From assembly GCA_000993115.1 (NCBI GenBank), contig LBVN01000003.1, positions 1 through 43,633 of the forward strand: 43,633 bases of DNA, in the 5' to 3' direction. Source of the stretch: Candidatus Woesebacteria bacterium GW2011_GWB1_38_8b (GTDB taxonomy: Bacteria > Patescibacteriota > Microgenomatia > UBA8517). A program made the translations under genes and the position numbers. The notes beneath the pieces are model-generated. The model searched no databases and was not told where the DNA came from. It saw only the letters and a program-made list of their open reading frames with translations. Below are positions 18,257 through 27,776 of this stretch, piece by piece (within the stretch, counting starts at the first letter, position 1; the number at the start of each line of letters is the position of its first letter).

Positions 18257-19117
18257 ATGAAACGATTGAAGTTTGGTTATACTCTTTCATTTATTGTGTT
18301 TTTGTTTGTCATTTGCACAAAACCAACAGCAGCACAGGTTGTGATTAATGAAATTTCTGTCCAGCCTGCTGATAAATATGATTGGGTAGAGTTATTCTCT
18401 CCTACTCCCGTTGACATATCAGGTTGGAAAGTTGGTGATGAAGCTGGAGTATTTGAGACAATTCCACAAGGGACACAATTGGGGCCTAACATTTATTTCG
18501 TTGTAAGCCAATATCAGCGATTGGATAATGAGAGTGACACAGTTATTCTCTATAACAACAGCGATGTTGAAATTAATAAAATTATTTATGGAAAATCCAA
18601 TAGTGTGTGCGTCTCTTCTGAAACAGGCTCGATAGCTAGAATTCCCGATGGTGGGAATACAATTGACAGATTGGCTTCTAACACAAAAGGATCCAGTAAT
18701 GGGGAGTTGGCTACCGATCCCTGTCCCACTCCAACTCCGGTCCCGACCAACTCACCTACAAATGTTCCAACGAACACACCGACAAACTCCCCAACTCCTA
18801 CCCAGAAACCCTCAAATACGCTTACACCTACGGCAACCAAAAAACCGACCAATACTCCAACAGAACCGGAAGAATCTCCGGCCGAAGGTGACGAGTTGGT
18901 ATTGGGTTCGACGGATCCTCTTTTAAGCTCAACACCAATCCCAACCGAAACTTCGGAAAATGATAACGGTGGCAAAAATTTCCCATTTGTTCCGGTATTG
19001 TTTATAATCTTAGGAATAGGTTTTATTGGTAGCGCGGTTTTTCTTGTACTTAAAGGCCGGAAAGAAAATTTAAAAACTTTGGAAAATGTCGAAAAGTTTA
19101 CAAGACAGGATAATTAA
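18257..19117 (+). CDS. Secreted lamin-tail-domain protein with Pro/Thr linker and C-terminal TM
   Basis: Signal peptide; VVINEI...DWVEL...DISGWKVGD...LDNESD; PTN repeats; TM followed by basic tail. Confidence 0.8.
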   Translation: MKRLKFGYTLSFIVFLFVICTKPTAAQVVINEISVQPADKYDWVELFSPTPVDISGWKVGDEAGVFETIPQGTQLGPNIYFVVSQYQRLDNESDTVILYNNSDVEINKIIYGKSNSVCVSSETGSIARIPDGGNTIDRLASNTKGSSNGELATDPCPTPTPVPTNSPTNVPTNTPTNSPTPTQKPSNTLTPTATKKPTNTPTEPEESPAEGDELVLGSTDPLLSSTPIPTETSENDNGGKNFPFVPVLFIILGIGFIGSAVFLVLKGRKENLKTLENVEKFTRQDN

Positions 19118-19520
19118 ATTTACAAAATATTGGTTTCCTGCTATTGTGTGGGCGTTTGTTATTTATTCTTTTTCTTCAAATCCAACCGGACGTGCAAGTG
19201 AAATCCACTGGGAAGATTTTGTTATTAAGAAAAGTGCACACTTGTTTGTTTATTCCGTTTTAACAGTACTTTTATATAGGGCATTTTATAATTACCAACT
19301 GGGGGAAAAACTTTCAGCTAAATATACATTAATAGTAAATGTTTTATATGCGATTTCCGACGAGTTTCACCAAGGTTTTACTCCGGGGCGCGACCCTACA
19401 CTTCGTGATATTTTAATAGACTCCTTTGCAATTATTGTTGTACTTTACCTGATAATTAAGTATTTACCGATGGCTCCAAAGGCGGTTAGAACCTGGGCAA
19501 AAAAATTCGAAATCGCATGA
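19086..19520 (+). CDS. VanZ family membrane protein
   Basis: KSAHLFVY, YAISDEFHQ.FTPGR....DILID. Confidence 0.9.
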   Translation: MSKSLQDRIIKFTKYWFPAIVWAFVIYSFSSNPTGRASEIHWEDFVIKKSAHLFVYSVLTVLLYRAFYNYQLGEKLSAKYTLIVNVLYAISDEFHQGFTPGRDPTLRDILIDSFAIIVVLYLIIKYLPMAPKAVRTWAKKFEIA

Positions 19521-20521
19521 AAAAAATTTTAGTCACCGGCGGGGCAGGGTATATTGGTTCGGTTGCAACGTACCTTCTTTTGCAAAAGGCCTACGAAGTT
19601 GTAGTTATAGATAATTTTTCGACCGGACATGAGGAAGTCTTAAAATTCTTCAATACAAAATATCCCAAGAACTTTAAATATTACAAGGCTGATCTTCAAA
19701 AGAGGGAAACTATAAAAGAAGCGTTAGATAAAGAAAAAGAATTTGACGCTGTTCTTCACTATGCGGCAAGTTGCTTGGTCAATGAATCAATGGAAAATCC
19801 GGCAAAATATTTTACCAATAATGTAATAGGTTCACAAAATCTTTTTTCGGAACTTATCGAGCATAGTATTAAAAACATAGTGTTTTCATCCACTTGTGCC
19901 GTTTACGGTGAAGCGCAATACGTTCCGGTTGATGAGAAACACCCGACAAATCCGGCTAATCCATATGGAGAAAGCAAAAGAATGATTGAGCTTATGCTGC
20001 AGTGGTATGGAAAATTGGGAAAACTCAATTATGTAATTCTGCGATACTTTAATGTTTGTGGAGCAAGCGATGACGGTGAAGTCGGCGACAGTAAAGATCC
20101 TTCTGTACTTCTTATGCAAAACGCTGTCCGCGGGGCTTTGGGAATCGAGTCTTTTTATCTTACTTGCCCTGAAGTTGACACTCCCGATAAAACGCCAATA
20201 CGCGATTATATAAATGTAGTGGATTTAAATGAGGCACATCTTGGTGCATTGGATTATTTAATTAATGGAGGGAAAAGTGAAATTATTAATTTGGGTACTG
20301 GGACGGGAAATTCCGTTTTGGAAATTGTTACAACTGTCGAAAAAATAACCGGGAAAAAACTGGATAGGAAAAAGACTGAGGCAAGAAAAGGGGAATACGC
20401 GAAAATGATTGCGGACACTTCAAAAGCAAAAACGGTATTGGGATGGGAACCCAAAAGAACGATATCAGACTCAGTAAACTCGCTTGTTAAGTGGTATAAA
20501 AATCACCCTCAAGGGTGGTAA
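19517..20521 (+). CDS. galE: UDP-glucose 4-epimerase
   Basis: TGGAGYIGS, FSSTCAVYG, YGESK, LRYFNV, RDYINVVDL. Confidence 0.93.
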   Translation: MKKILVTGGAGYIGSVATYLLLQKAYEVVVIDNFSTGHEEVLKFFNTKYPKNFKYYKADLQKRETIKEALDKEKEFDAVLHYAASCLVNESMENPAKYFTNNVIGSQNLFSELIEHSIKNIVFSSTCAVYGEAQYVPVDEKHPTNPANPYGESKRMIELMLQWYGKLGKLNYVILRYFNVCGASDDGEVGDSKDPSVLLMQNAVRGALGIESFYLTCPEVDTPDKTPIRDYINVVDLNEAHLGALDYLINGGKSEIINLGTGTGNSVLEIVTTVEKITGKKLDRKKTEARKGEYAKMIADTSKAKTVLGWEPKRTISDSVNSLVKWYKNHPQGW

Positions 20522-20565
20522 TAGCACTGGACAATTAGGATTTCACGAGTTAGATTGGTTGGGCT

Positions 20566-21114
20566 ATGATGAGAAGGACTTTTTTATTAATATCCTCTTT
20601 TTTACTATTCACAACACTTGCAGTGGCAGGTAAAAGTATCGAAAAAAACCAATCCAAAATAAGCGTTAACGTAAATTCCAATAATTTATCCACAGAAGTT
20701 TTGTCGGAAACAGATGTAGCCGAATCCACGAATACTCCGACTGTAAAATCTTCAAATACGCCAAGCGTAGAGGAAATTGAAGATTCCGATGAAGCGGAAG
20801 AAGTAACTGCTACCCCAACTTCTACGGCTCCTGTAATCGGGTTTGCAGTAGAAGGCTATATTTATCCCGGATCAGCAGTCATTTCAAAATCCGCAAATTA
20901 TTTAGAGCTTTCAACATCGACTGATGCAAAAACAGTGACTGATTGGTATGAGAAAAAAATTAGAGAAAACGGGTTTAATGTAAAAAGTTTCGTCAGGACT
21001 AACACAAATAATGTAGTTAAAAACGTAATTGCCGCGGCAAATGCAAACGAAGAGTTAAAAATTGAGATTGTAAACCAAAACTCAGGCTCACTAGTAAAAA
21101 TCAATTTCTTCTGA
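20566..21114 (+). CDS. Hypothetical secreted protein
   Basis: Signal/TM, S/T/E-rich linker, YIYPGS...VTDWYEKK domain. Confidence 0.7.
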   Translation: MMRRTFLLISSFLLFTTLAVAGKSIEKNQSKISVNVNSNNLSTEVLSETDVAESTNTPTVKSSNTPSVEEIEDSDEAEEVTATPTSTAPVIGFAVEGYIYPGSAVISKSANYLELSTSTDAKTVTDWYEKKIRENGFNVKSFVRTNTNNVVKNVIAAANANEELKIEIVNQNSGSLVKINFF

Positions 21115-21123
21115 TTTAATATA

Positions 21124-21152
21124 TTGACAAAGATTTAATTTAAGTTTACGAT
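21124..21152 (+). promoter_or_regulatory. Sigma70-type promoter
   Basis: TTGACA-17 nt-TACGAT. Confidence 0.7.
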
Positions 21153-21167
21153 TGGATACATTTTAAA

Positions 21168-21195
21168 ACTGCTCATTATGGCAGTCTTTTTTTTT
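21168..21195 (+). terminator. Intrinsic terminator-like hairpin
   Basis: actgc-tcattatg-gcagt followed by c and a T9 tract. Confidence 0.55.
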
Positions 21196-21209
21196 GTAAA
21201 GAAAAAGGT

Positions 21210-21788
21210 ATGGAGGACAGAAAAATAAATAAAAAGAAAAAGTTGATGACTTACGGTGGAGTTGGTTTAGTCTTGATAATTCTTCTTTTGATTATAAGAT
21301 CCGGTGGAAATAAGAATAATCGAAATACTTCAGTCTTAAGTAATTCAAATACTTCAATCAACGCCCCGCTCGTGACAAAAGAAATAAAAAGAGAATTCTC
21401 ATTCCCCCTTCGTAATTCAAAAAAGGAAGAAGTAAGTACGTTAAAGTTTTCAATCGAGACCGTTGAGATAAGAAACGAAATATTGGTTAAAGGGCAAAGA
21501 GCACAGGCTGTATCGGGGAGAGAATTCTTGATAATTAATTTAAAAGTTACCAATAATTTTTCGAACGCAATCCAGCTTAGTACAAAAGATTATGTTCGGT
21601 TGGCAGTGAACGGAAACGAGAATGAATGGTTGGCGCCGGATATTCATAATGATCCTGTCGAAGTTCAAGCTGACTCGACAAAATATACTAGAGTAGGTTT
21701 TCCTGTAAATTCAACTGACAAAGATTTTATCCTTAGGGTTGGGGAAATCAACGGAAGCAAAGAAACCATTAAACTCGAAATTCGGTAA
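21210..21788 (+). CDS. Single-TM protein with Ig-like (DUF4352-like) domain
   Basis: TM; FLIINLKVTN...VEVQADSTK...GF.V. Confidence 0.65.
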   Translation: MEDRKINKKKKLMTYGGVGLVLIILLLIIRSGGNKNNRNTSVLSNSNTSINAPLVTKEIKREFSFPLRNSKKEEVSTLKFSIETVEIRNEILVKGQRAQAVSGREFLIINLKVTNNFSNAIQLSTKDYVRLAVNGNENEWLAPDIHNDPVEVQADSTKYTRVGFPVNSTDKDFILRVGEINGSKETIKLEIR

Positions 21789-21832
21789 TCAATTAACTTA
21801 AAAGTTCTGCACAAGTATCATTGTTTCCTAAA

Positions 21833-22051
21833 ATGAAACAAACATATTCTACAAAAAATATATCACAGGTTCTCTTAAACGAAATAAAAGATGCATTGAA
21901 AAATGTTACTGAATACGGAAGTATTGAAATCTATATCCAGGGTGGGTGTGTTACCCAAATTACTACCAGAAAAATTAAGAAGACCAATGGCTACGGCTTA
22001 AAAAATCACGAAAATATGACCAATAACGGACACAAAAAGGATTTGTCATAA
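21833..22051 (+). CDS. YezD/DUF2292-like small basic protein
   Basis: IKDALKNVTEYGSIEIYIQGGCVTQITTRKIKK matches the YezD pattern (I..i..GSv.i.i.dG.V.Qi); start could be 21821 or 21833. Confidence 0.7.
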   Translation: MKQTYSTKNISQVLLNEIKDALKNVTEYGSIEIYIQGGCVTQITTRKIKKTNGYGLKNHENMTNNGHKKDLS

Positions 22052-22109
22052 TCTTCTGATGCATGTTATATTGCTTATACTATATAGATATCCAACTAAA
22101 TTAATGTGC

Positions 22110-22138
22110 TTGACAAAGTCAAAATATATCGTTATAAA
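22110..22138 (+). promoter_or_regulatory. Sigma70-type promoter (second candidate at 22152-22179)
   Basis: TTGACA-17 nt-TATAAA; also TTGACC-16 nt-TATAAA. Confidence 0.7.
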
Positions 22139-22188
22139 TTACTTTATATAGTTGACCTATATTTAAGTAGTTATATAAACATATAAAA

Positions 22189-22325
22189 AATGATCTTCTG
22201 CCCCTTTGAAAGATTATTGAGAGTTCACCGCAAACGGAGACTCTCCGATTTAACAAATTAGTTTGAATCGGGGCGTCTCCGTTTATTTTTTCTCAATGTT
22301 ATGTTGGGAAGTAAAGATAAACGGA
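22189..22325 (+). promoter_or_regulatory. Attenuator-like 5' leader with mutually exclusive terminator/antiterminator folds
   Basis: Terminator aaacggagac...gtctccgttt+attttttc (22232-22291); competing stems gagagt/actctc (22219-22245) and tccgtttat/ataaacgga (22278-22325). Confidence 0.7.
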
Positions 22326-22385
22326 AGGAGTAAAATTACAAATAATTTGTAATTCTAAATACGTAGAAAGGAGGTGAAAATAAAA

Positions 22386-23648
22386 ATGACTTTAAAAAAG
22401 AAATTAACAACAGCAGTTGCCACAGCAGCATTATTTATGAACTTCGCTCTTCCGGTCGCAGCACAAACTATTTCCGGTAATAATAGTGATTCTGAGAATT
22501 ATATTAATACCGACGTAGATTATGACTTTGACTTGGATCAGAATAACGATGCGGACGTTGAAAACAGCGTCAATATAAGTCTTGATAGCGGTGGTAACAA
22601 GGTAAAGGATGTTGTTGGAGGTGAAGTTGAAATAGAAACTGGTGATCTAGAAGCTGGAGTTCAAGTAATGAACCAACTTAACATGAACGTAGCATCTTTT
22701 GATGTTTGCGGATCATGCGGAATGACCGGTGATTTCAAAATTGCCGACAATAATAGCGGTTCAGACAACGACATTGATTACGACTATGAATCAGATTTTG
22801 ATCTTGATCAAGATAATGATGCAGACGTCGAAAATGATGTCGATGTAACAGGCAAAACTGGCGATAACGAGGTTGATGACACGATGAACGGTGACGTATC
22901 TGTTAAAACAGGTGACGTTACAGTTAATCCAATCATCATTAAAAACGCTCTTAACGCCAACTGGGCAGTAGTTTCTTCTTCAGATGAAGAAGAGGACGGT
23001 GTCTCAGCCTGGATTCTTGGCAACAACTCAGATAGTGACAATTTCATTAATTTGGATTTTGATCACGATACTGATGTTGATCAAGATAATGATGCCGATG
23101 TTGAGAATGATGTAGCAGTTTCTGCAAAAACTGGTTATAACGACGTTGATGACGTCGCTGGAGCCGGTGTTTCTATCGACACAGGTGATGTTGAAGTAGG
23201 GGTCATGATTGATACTATGGCTAACTTTAACATGGCTGCAGTCGAAGACTGTTGCTTCTTGGGTGATCAGGAAACAAAGATCGCCGACAACAATGTCGAC
23301 TCAGATAACGATATCGAAGTCGATTTAGACTTAGATTTCGAGTTGGACCAAGATAATGACTTTGACTGCGGAACCAGCAAAGGTTGGTTTGACAATTTCC
23401 TTAGAGGTTACGAAGGCGGAAGTGATTGTAACGAAGTTGACGTAACTGGAGGAACCGGAGACAACGAAGTTGAAGATGCTGCTGCCGGCGGGCATGATCC
23501 TGAAATAACAACAGGTGATGCTGCAGCTGCAGTTCAATTAAGCACTTCGGCTAATGTAAACGTCGAAGGTGGAGCTGGTGTAGATTTTGATGTAGATTTC
23601 GGAGAAGTCGCAGACATGCTCGGAGATCTTTTCGATCTACTCGACTAA
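22386..23648 (+). CDS. Secreted, very Asp-rich protein with four ~80-aa NNSxSxN / QxNxAxVxN / TGD repeats
   Basis: SD aaaggaggtg (the ORF-track GTG at 22374 is part of it); signal peptide ending VAA|Q; repeats visible in the translation. Confidence 0.85.
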   Translation: MTLKKKLTTAVATAALFMNFALPVAAQTISGNNSDSENYINTDVDYDFDLDQNNDADVENSVNISLDSGGNKVKDVVGGEVEIETGDLEAGVQVMNQLNMNVASFDVCGSCGMTGDFKIADNNSGSDNDIDYDYESDFDLDQDNDADVENDVDVTGKTGDNEVDDTMNGDVSVKTGDVTVNPIIIKNALNANWAVVSSSDEEEDGVSAWILGNNSDSDNFINLDFDHDTDVDQDNDADVENDVAVSAKTGYNDVDDVAGAGVSIDTGDVEVGVMIDTMANFNMAAVEDCCFLGDQETKIADNNVDSDNDIEVDLDLDFELDQDNDFDCGTSKGWFDNFLRGYEGGSDCNEVDVTGGTGDNEVEDAAAGGHDPEITTGDAAAAVQLSTSANVNVEGGAGVDFDVDFGEVADMLGDLFDLLD

Positions 23649-23696
23649 GATTTGGTAGGTTTGAGTGGGGGGTTTCCCTCACTCAAACTCCAAGTC
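23649..23696 (+). other. Strong intergenic hairpin without a T tract (mRNA stabiliser or partial terminator)
   Basis: gtttgagtgggg-gttt-ccctcactcaaac with outer gatttgg/ccaagtc. Confidence 0.65.
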
Positions 23697-23733
23697 CGAA
23701 TTAGAAAAATAAATAAATTTAAATATTAATAAA

Positions 23734-25908
23734 ATGAAAATAAAGAAAATAATTACAGTAATTACAATAGTATCGCTGCTTTTGGGGTATTCGGTACCTT
23801 TTAGTGCGGGAGGATTTGTAATTGCACAGACCTCTCCTTCAGAGCCGAGTTCGCCGGAGCAACCTGCAGCCCCCGACCAACCGGATAGTCCGGATCAACC
23901 AAGTGGTCCTGACGAACCTGAAAGCCCGGATTTGCCCGAAGACACCAGTACAGGTAGTAGTGAACAAAATGTCGAAACACCTGATACGACAACTACGGAT
24001 CAAACCGAAGGCACTAATAATACAGGCTCCCAGGATGTGAATGGAAATGTTGGTGATACAAACGTAACAACAGGAGACGCGACAGCAACAGGAGCGCTTC
24101 TTACCGATACAAACTTAAATACTTCAACCAATCCGACAGCGGGAACTGCCGGAACGTCTATTGTAAATGAGGGAAATAACTCAGGATCAGTCAATGTCTC
24201 CGATGTTACGCAGAACTCGACCTCTACAATTAATCAAGACAATAATGCCGTTATAACAAATAGCGCAGATCTTTCAGCAGTCACAGGCGGAAATACAGTT
24301 GCCAATAATATGAACGGTAACGTGACTATTGAATCGGGGGATGCTAATACTGCACTTACGGTAATCAATCAGGCAAATACAAATATTGCCGGAGTTGATG
24401 TTGTTGAATTTAATGTTTTTGACGATCAGGTAGGTGACGTAATTTTGGATTTTAGTAATCCTTGCGCCGCAGGTAGCGGGTGCACAGCCGGAACCCCGGT
24501 TTACGTCGGAAATACGAACAATAATTCAGATTCAACTAATACCGCCCAATACACATCCGATGTAAACAATTCAACTTTCCAAAATAACGATGCAGTAATT
24601 GAGAACAATATTATCCTAAACTCCGATTCGGGAGGCAATTTGGCAACAGACAATATGAACGGGGATACAAATATTAAAACCGGTGATGCAAATGTTTCTG
24701 CAAACGTAGCCAATCTGGTAAACAACAATTTCCAGGGTGAGGTTTATTACGGAGTTGTGAACGTCTTTGGAGATTTAATCGGAGATATAATTCTTGCTAC
24801 AACCCCGACAACCTCTACCCCGGGTACAGTTATTGATAATTCCGGGAACGGATCAGGGTCAACAAACTTTGCAAATGTTGATACAAGCGTGTCAAATGAC
24901 TATACACAGAATAACAATCTGAATTTGGATACAAATATTAACGCTACGGGGACTACCGGTGACAATACTGCATCAGCAAACATGCAGGGAGGGCAATCAA
25001 TTGAGTCAGGCGACGCGAGTTTTACAGGTCAGATATTTAATGTAGCCAATAATAATGTTACAGGCGGCGATTGGTGGATAGTATTGGTAAACGATGCAGG
25101 CAATTGGATCGGAAAAATCGTGGGTGGCCAGGAAGGCATGAATTATGCCGGATCAGCCGGAACGGAATTTATAGTTAATCCTGACGGATCAATAACCGCT
25201 GTCAACAGCGGAAACAATAGCGGTTCAACTAATACTGCAAACGTTACACAAAACACTCAAAATACTGTAACTCAAAATAACAATGCATCAATAACAAATA
25301 ACTTGAACTTAAGTGGAAACACCGGTGGAAACACAATCCAAAACTCCATGAATGGCGGAGCTTCGGTTGAAACAGGGGATGTAAACATAGTTGCATCCGT
25401 TGTTAACTTTGTAAACAATAATTTTTCCGGAGGACGGGTTTACATGACAGTTGTCAACGTACTGGGAGGAAAATGGCTAGGAAACTTTATTGCCCCCGGT
25501 CATACAAAAGAGGAAGCCTTGGCACAAAACCCGGAACCGACTCCGGAGCCAGCACTGGGAGGATTAGATAATGATCCTGATGAGGATTCAATTGCGCTAA
25601 TTAATCCAACAACTACTAAAAAGACGAAGAAAACAATCCAGTCTTCCACACCGACAACAACTCCGGTGCAATCAGTCTTGGCTGCAATCACAGGACGATC
25701 AACCAGCGCTTCTGGAGGAAGTCTTGTAAACCCTGTAATCGATGGTGAGGAATATGATGAGGCAGCAGCATTGGCAGGTGATATTGCAGTTGCAAAAAGT
25801 AAAATACGAATCAATTTAGCCTGGGCGATTATAATTGCTCCCCTTCTTTTTGCGATACCGCTGGCAAAAAGAAAATTATTCGCAAAACTGCCTTCCAAAA
25901 AGAACTAA
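23734..25908 (+). CDS. Secreted Asn/Thr-rich repeat protein (same repeat, ~4.5 copies) with C-terminal TM anchor
   Basis: Signal peptide, (PxxP)n acidic linker, GNNSGSxN...QxNNA...TGGN...I.TGDA repeats, TM followed by KRK. Confidence 0.85.
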   Translation: MKIKKIITVITIVSLLLGYSVPFSAGGFVIAQTSPSEPSSPEQPAAPDQPDSPDQPSGPDEPESPDLPEDTSTGSSEQNVETPDTTTTDQTEGTNNTGSQDVNGNVGDTNVTTGDATATGALLTDTNLNTSTNPTAGTAGTSIVNEGNNSGSVNVSDVTQNSTSTINQDNNAVITNSADLSAVTGGNTVANNMNGNVTIESGDANTALTVINQANTNIAGVDVVEFNVFDDQVGDVILDFSNPCAAGSGCTAGTPVYVGNTNNNSDSTNTAQYTSDVNNSTFQNNDAVIENNIILNSDSGGNLATDNMNGDTNIKTGDANVSANVANLVNNNFQGEVYYGVVNVFGDLIGDIILATTPTTSTPGTVIDNSGNGSGSTNFANVDTSVSNDYTQNNNLNLDTNINATGTTGDNTASANMQGGQSIESGDASFTGQIFNVANNNVTGGDWWIVLVNDAGNWIGKIVGGQEGMNYAGSAGTEFIVNPDGSITAVNSGNNSGSTNTANVTQNTQNTVTQNNNASITNNLNLSGNTGGNTIQNSMNGGASVETGDVNIVASVVNFVNNNFSGGRVYMTVVNVLGGKWLGNFIAPGHTKEEALAQNPEPTPEPALGGLDNDPDEDSIALINPTTTKKTKKTIQSSTPTTTPVQSVLAAITGRSTSASGGSLVNPVIDGEEYDEAAALAGDIAVAKSKIRINLAWAIIIAPLLFAIPLAKRKLFAKLPSKKN

Positions 25909-27141
25909 ATGGAAGTAAAAATAAGAAAGACACTTCAGACAATACTTGCCTTGGTTGTGGCCGTAAGGCTTGTTTTTCCATTGGTTATTATCGCTCAAAC
26001 CGTTGAAGAAAATAATTCCGGATCAACAAACACAGTTACGGAAAATGTATCTTCGACTCAAACCACCAACCAGACAAACCAGGCAGATATAGGAAAAAGC
26101 GTAAATGTTTCACTTAATACCGGCGGAAATACTGTTTCCTCGTCGACGGGAAATTCTACAATTAATACCGGAGATACCAGTTTCTCGACATCAGTTGAAA
26201 CGGCTGCTAACACCTCTGTCGTTGACAGCGGTTGTTGTGCCGAAGCAACACCAGATCCAACAAAAATTTCCGACAATAACTCCGACTCGACAAATACAAT
26301 AAATACTACTTCTGAAACAACAACTGTGGTTGATATCGATCAGAACGCGACAATTACCAATAAAATAAACGCGACTCTTTCTACCGGAGGAAATTCAATT
26401 TCCGATTCAACCGGAAATTCAACAATTACGACCGGTGATGTAAAAGTAAAAGGCGAGATAAATAACGGTCCTATTAATTATGCGGACGTTACTTTAGGTG
26501 GTTCAGGCACCAACGTCTCAACTGTAATCACAAGTAATAATTCAGGCTCCACTAATATCATTTATAACAGCTTCAAAAACTACAGCGACATTAATGTAAA
26601 TAATTCTGCGAAAGTTAAAAACTTACTGTCATTTCTTTTGGACAGCGGAAATAACAGCATTGAAAATAATATAGGAAGTGCAAAAATTTCTACGGGAGAT
26701 ATATTCTTTGTTTTCAAAATTAATAATGCCATAAATGTTTCAAAAATTACTTATGCATGCTGCGGAGACAGTTGTCCTGACCCCGTGGCACCGACGCCAA
26801 CGGCCACTACGACCGCTACACCCACTCCGACACCAACCGGTGCAATTGGTGGCCCACCGACAACGACCTCAACAAATAATAATGACGACGACGATGACAA
26901 TGGTGGAAGCGGAGGATCTGTTGAAAAAAGAGTTGCGTCAATGGTGTTGGGTGCAACCGGAAGTTTTATGGAAAATTTGTTTTATGTATTTTTTGCATTG
27001 GGAAGTATTTTGATCGGATTTGGAATTAGGAAAAACGGGATATCATATATTTATAATTTTGGCTTGGGAACTGCAAGAAGGATAAGATTATATTCCAAAA
27101 TATTTACTTCCAGCCAATTTGAATTGACCCTTTATATTTGA
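25909..27141 (+). CDS. Secreted repeat protein (3 copies) with Pro/Thr linker, VLGATG and TM (possible sortase substrate)
   Basis: ATG abuts the previous stop; same repeats; LGATG-hydrophobic helix-RK. Confidence 0.8.
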   Translation: MEVKIRKTLQTILALVVAVRLVFPLVIIAQTVEENNSGSTNTVTENVSSTQTTNQTNQADIGKSVNVSLNTGGNTVSSSTGNSTINTGDTSFSTSVETAANTSVVDSGCCAEATPDPTKISDNNSDSTNTINTTSETTTVVDIDQNATITNKINATLSTGGNSISDSTGNSTITTGDVKVKGEINNGPINYADVTLGGSGTNVSTVITSNNSGSTNIIYNSFKNYSDINVNNSAKVKNLLSFLLDSGNNSIENNIGSAKISTGDIFFVFKINNAINVSKITYACCGDSCPDPVAPTPTATTTATPTPTPTGAIGGPPTTTSTNNNDDDDDNGGSGGSVEKRVASMVLGATGSFMENLFYVFFALGSILIGFGIRKNGISYIYNFGLGTARRIRLYSKIFTSSQFELTLYI

Positions 27142-27281
27142 AGCTTTGACATCCTCTTTCCTTGGAAATAAGGTAGTGCCTATTGTGCTTATAGTTCCCA
27201 AACCCAAGTTTTAATATAAATGAAAGTATCAAAAGATTGATTGAGATCGTACAGAAAAGTTGTCGAGTCTAAATTACTATA

Positions 27282-27776
27282 TTAGAGATTAAACAATTTG
27301 AGAAAAAGTAACCTAATAAACTTTGTGTTTTGTTTTAACTCGTCAATATCGGGTGTTGTTTTATCGTACAAATGCTTCTTGATGATGTCCTTGTAACTCG
27401 AGAGATATAATTTAACATTTGAGGTCAACCTTTTATTAAGTGCATCCTCGACAGTCATAAACTTTATTTCTTGCCCTTCAAGCGGACCTAACTTAAATCT
27501 TTCTATTTCATTTTTATCAACATAAGACCAAAAGATACTAACTTCTCGAACCTTGTTCTTAAGACTGCCTATATAATGTATCTTTTTAGGGGAATAACTT
27601 ACTTCTTCAACAAGTTCTCTTTTGAGCGCCTTAATCGGGGTTTCACCTTCTTCTAGGTGCCCTCCTGGTAGTTGCCACTTATCAGGCTCAGCTATCGTGG
27701 GAATGTTATCTCTCTTAATAAAGAGTATCTTATTGTCGTTTACAATTATTGCTATGGCGGTTTTTCTAAATCTCAT
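27282..27776 (-). CDS. NUDIX hydrolase
   Basis: Nudix box GGHLEEGETPIKALKRELVEEV. Confidence 0.9.
   Translation of the reverse strand: MRFRKTAIAIIVNDNKILFIKRDNIPTIAEPDKWQLPGGHLEEGETPIKALKRELVEEVSYSPKKIHYIGSLKNKVREVSIFWSYVDKNEIERFKLGPLEGQEIKFMTVEDALNKRLTSNVKLYLSSYKDIIKKHLYDKTTPDIDELKQNTKFIRLLFLKLFNL

Noticed and set aside
22189-22325. Known riboswitch (fluoride, c-di-GMP-I, c-di-AMP, T-box)
   Set aside because: Only superficial similarity; the hallmark conserved nucleotides were not found by eye. Reported as a novel attenuator candidate pending cmscan.
22334-22354. Perfect 9-bp inverted repeat aattacaaa-taa-tttgtaatt as an operator
   Set aside because: Very AT-rich, a single instance, and no candidate regulator; it may just be part of the leader structure.
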